In this document: positions 61,474-64,000 of the stretch, piece after piece | How the letters are laid out: every line of letters begins with the position of its first letter | Position numbering within the stretch: position 1 is the stretch's first letter | NCBI GenBank assembly: GCA_039698055.1 | Contig: JBDKTL010000024.1 | Location: 59,733 to 123,732, forward strand | Direction: 5' to 3' | Length of the DNA stretch: 64,000 nucleotides | DNA from: Methanoregula sp. | GTDB taxonomy: Archaea > Halobacteriota > Methanomicrobia > Methanomicrobiales > Methanospirillaceae | Program-made: the position numbers and the translations under genes | Notes under the pieces: generated by a model | The model's input: the letters and a program-made list of their open reading frames with translations, nothing else | Told to the model about the DNA's origin: nothing | Database searches by the model: none

Positions 61474-63219
61474 GTGTGTGGCATTGTCGGGTATATCGGC
61501 AGACGGGAGGCTGCACCACTTATCATTGAGAGTTTAAAAAAACTAGAATACCGGGGATATGATTCGTTTGGTGTTGCAACACTGAGTAGCGGGATCGAAA
61601 TTGCCAAGCACCAGGGACGAATCTCAGAATATGCCGGAGCTGCTATCCGACTTCACGGAAAAACCGGTATCGGTCATACCCGATGGGCAACACATGGTAT
61701 CCCAAACGATGCAAATGCTCACCCTCACCTTGACTGTGCCAATAAAATAGCGATTGTTCATAATGGTATTATTGAAAACTTTGCAGAACTGAAACGGGAT
61801 TTGATTTCACGAGGACATGTTTTTCGTTCCGATACAGATACTGAAGTTGTTGTCCATATTATCGAAGAGAACATGGCAAAGAGGCGCGATCTACTCTCCG
61901 CAGTTCAGGATACACTTCCGTTTCTCAAAGGGTCCTATGCACTTCTGGTGATAGCCTGCGGGGATGCGCGATTGATCGCAGCAAGAAATGGCAGTCCACT
62001 AGTGATCGGCATCGGGGATGGTGAAAATTTTGCTGCTTCAGATATGACACCGATAATTGAACACACGGAGCGGGCAATGTTTCTTGAAGATGGGGATGTT
62101 GCGGTCCTGACACCCCAAAAGGTCGAAATCTTCCGAAATAAATTACCAGTTTCCCGGCCGGTCGAACTGATCGACTGGTCACTTGAGGACGTGAAGAAGG
62201 GCGGGTTCGCTCACTATATGCTAAAGGAAATATACGAACAGCCGCAGGCGTTTTTTAACACTGTGCATACAATCACACAGGACACACTCCTAAAAATTAT
62301 CCAAAATCCCTCATCGGTTACAATTGTTGCTTGTGGATCGTCATACCATGCCGGCTTGATCTTCAAATATCTTTTCGAAGAAGCACGAGGTATCCCTACA
62401 CGAGTGGAATTTGCCTCGGAATTTAAGTATTTCCCGCCACCGGTTGAAGGACTGGTGATAGGAATTACCCAATCTGGTGAAACTGCGGACACGCTCACGG
62501 CACTCAAACAGGCAAAAATCCATAACTGCCGGACACTGGCAGTAACCAATGTATTAGGAAGTTCGGTCTGTCGTATAGCAGACACAACAGTGTTTATGCG
62601 AGCAGGGCCGGAAATAAGTGTCGCTGCGACAAAATCATTTATTGCCCAGCTTGCAGTCCTGATGCAGATTATCAATGCCGGTTGTCAGGGTAAATATGAC
62701 AATGTAATCTCCCAAGCCCACCAAGCAATAGAAGACGTACTCCTTATGGATCTCGCAGAACCGGTTGAACTTTGTAAAAACGCACAGAGTATTTTTTATA
62801 TCGGCAGGGGCCCGTTCTATCCGGTTTCCCTTGAAGGTGCATTGAAGATGAAAGAGATTTCGTATATCCATGCAGAAGGATATGCCGCTGGAGAACTCAA
62901 ACATGGCCCATTTGCCCTGCTCTCTTCTGAAACACCGGTTATTGCCATCTGCCTGCCCGGTGAAACATACAGTGTAATGATCTCCAATATCAAAGAACTG
63001 AAGGCTCGTGGTGCACCGGTGATTGCAATAGGTTCTGATAATGACAGGGAATTGACCGAGATCGTGGATATATTTATACCACTGCCAGAAATGAAGCCAT
63101 TTGTTCAGATCCTGACCAGTCTGGTGGTTCTCCAGCTTATCGCATATTACACTGCTGTTGCACTTGGCAGGGATGTGGACAAACCAAAAAATCTTGCAAA
63201 GAGTGTGACAGTAGAATGA
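61474..63219 (+). CDS. glmS: Glutamine-fructose-6-phosphate transaminase
   Basis: [23 protein letters not shown] and NLAKSVTVE motifs. Confidence 0.96.
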   Translation: MCGIVGYIGRREAAPLIIESLKKLEYRGYDSFGVATLSSGIEIAKHQGRISEYAGAAIRLHGKTGIGHTRWATHGIPNDANAHPHLDCANKIAIVHNGIIENFAELKRDLISRGHVFRSDTDTEVVVHIIEENMAKRRDLLSAVQDTLPFLKGSYALLVIACGDARLIAARNGSPLVIGIGDGENFAASDMTPIIEHTERAMFLEDGDVAVLTPQKVEIFRNKLPVSRPVELIDWSLEDVKKGGFAHYMLKEIYEQPQAFFNTVHTITQDTLLKIIQNPSSVTIVACGSSYHAGLIFKYLFEEARGIPTRVEFASEFKYFPPPVEGLVIGITQSGETADTLTALKQAKIHNCRTLAVTNVLGSSVCRIADTTVFMRAGPEISVAATKSFIAQLAVLMQIINAGCQGKYDNVISQAHQAIEDVLLMDLAEPVELCKNAQSIFYIGRGPFYPVSLEGALKMKEISYIHAEGYAAGELKHGPFALLSSETPVIAICLPGETYSVMISNIKELKARGAPVIAIGSDNDRELTEIVDIFIPLPEMKPFVQILTSLVVLQLIAYYTAVALGRDVDKPKNLAKSVTVE

Positions 63220-63815
63220 TTGAGTACGGAATCAATAAAACAGGCACTGGGTTACAGATTTTTGAACCCGTAACACTAGGTTTTCCCTCGCGAGACAATA
63301 TCAAGAAGCACGGATTTGCTGGTACCACCCTTGGAAAGAACGCAGTTCTCCGGTCAGGAACGATCATTTACTGTGACGTGAGTATCGGGGACCAGTTCCA
63401 GTGTGGGCATAATGTTTTAATCCGGGAGAGAACCCTGATCGGTGACCGGGTCGCCATCGGAACATCAACAATCATTGAAGGGAATGTCACCATTGGCTCT
63501 GACGTAAACCTGCAGAGTATGGTATATATCCCCACCAACACAACTATTGGTGATCGGGTTTTTATCGGTCCGAATGCAATCCTGACAAATGACCGGTACC
63601 CGCCAACCGGGATCGGCGGGCTCAACGGTCCGGTTATCCAGAATGGTGTAGCGATTGGAGCAAATGCTACAATTCTTCCGGGTATCAGTATTGGAGAGGG
63701 GGCACTTGTTGCCGCTGGGGCTATTGTAACCCACGATGTCCCTGCACATATGCTCGCTGTGGGGGCCCCGGCAAAAATTCGCAAGTTACCTAAGGAAATT
63801 ACCTTTTCGGAATAA
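63216..63815 (+). CDS. Hexapeptide-repeat N-acyltransferase (WbpD-like)
   Basis: [22 protein letters not shown] and GAPAK motifs. Confidence 0.85.
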   Translation: MIEYGINKTGTGLQIFEPVTLGFPSRDNIKKHGFAGTTLGKNAVLRSGTIIYCDVSIGDQFQCGHNVLIRERTLIGDRVAIGTSTIIEGNVTIGSDVNLQSMVYIPTNTTIGDRVFIGPNAILTNDRYPPTGIGGLNGPVIQNGVAIGANATILPGISIGEGALVAAGAIVTHDVPAHMLAVGAPAKIRKLPKEITFSE

Positions 63816-64000
63816 GCCCAAATAACAGAAGCAGATAACAGAGTGTATCTGTTTAATGCAGGCAGATAAATGTAACCTCATCTGAAAATTCTTCGTGTCT
63901 TAACCAAGGATTATAATCATTATTCCATTTTATCATAGGGAAATGTATATTAAAGAAGTAAAATCCCTGATGGATCAGCCTGCCACATTCCAAATTAATT

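Overview
This is a core-genome segment of a hydrogenotrophic methanogen, most likely Methanomicrobiales (Methanoregula-like). The assignment rests on the frhADGB operon, MptA, SepRS, an archaeal phosphoribulokinase, REC-PAS-GAF kinase architecture and a PEGA surface protein. The window holds a partial malate dehydrogenase, SRP RNA, tRNA-Ile2(CAT) and tRNA-Asn(GTT), pepQ-map-AAA-MBL-rpoL, aIF2beta, ilvC, mptA, F420-reducing hydrogenase, rps12-rps7-EF2, queDEC-Nudix-hydrolase-aRF1-argS-taw1-sepS, PRK, an MrfAB-like repair pair, SufCB(SmsCB), and glmM-glmU-glmU-glmS. I saw no CRISPR array, rRNA, transposase or provirus. The most unusual features are: (1) an accessory patch after frhB with a 16-bp inverted-repeat element, a Doc/Fic protein lacking its catalytic His, and an orphan DNA methyltransferase with a Myb-like tail; (2) three orphan amino-methyltransferases in total; (3) an uncharacterised Zn-finger SAM transferase between the tRNAs and SRP RNA; (4) a histone-H1-like tail on IlvC; (5) a PEGA + stand-alone sensor + lipoprotein cyclophilin module; and (6) a DUF2178/XRE locus with twin operators and an amber-interrupted gene. 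All protein calls come from motifs recognised by eye, and no database searches were run.
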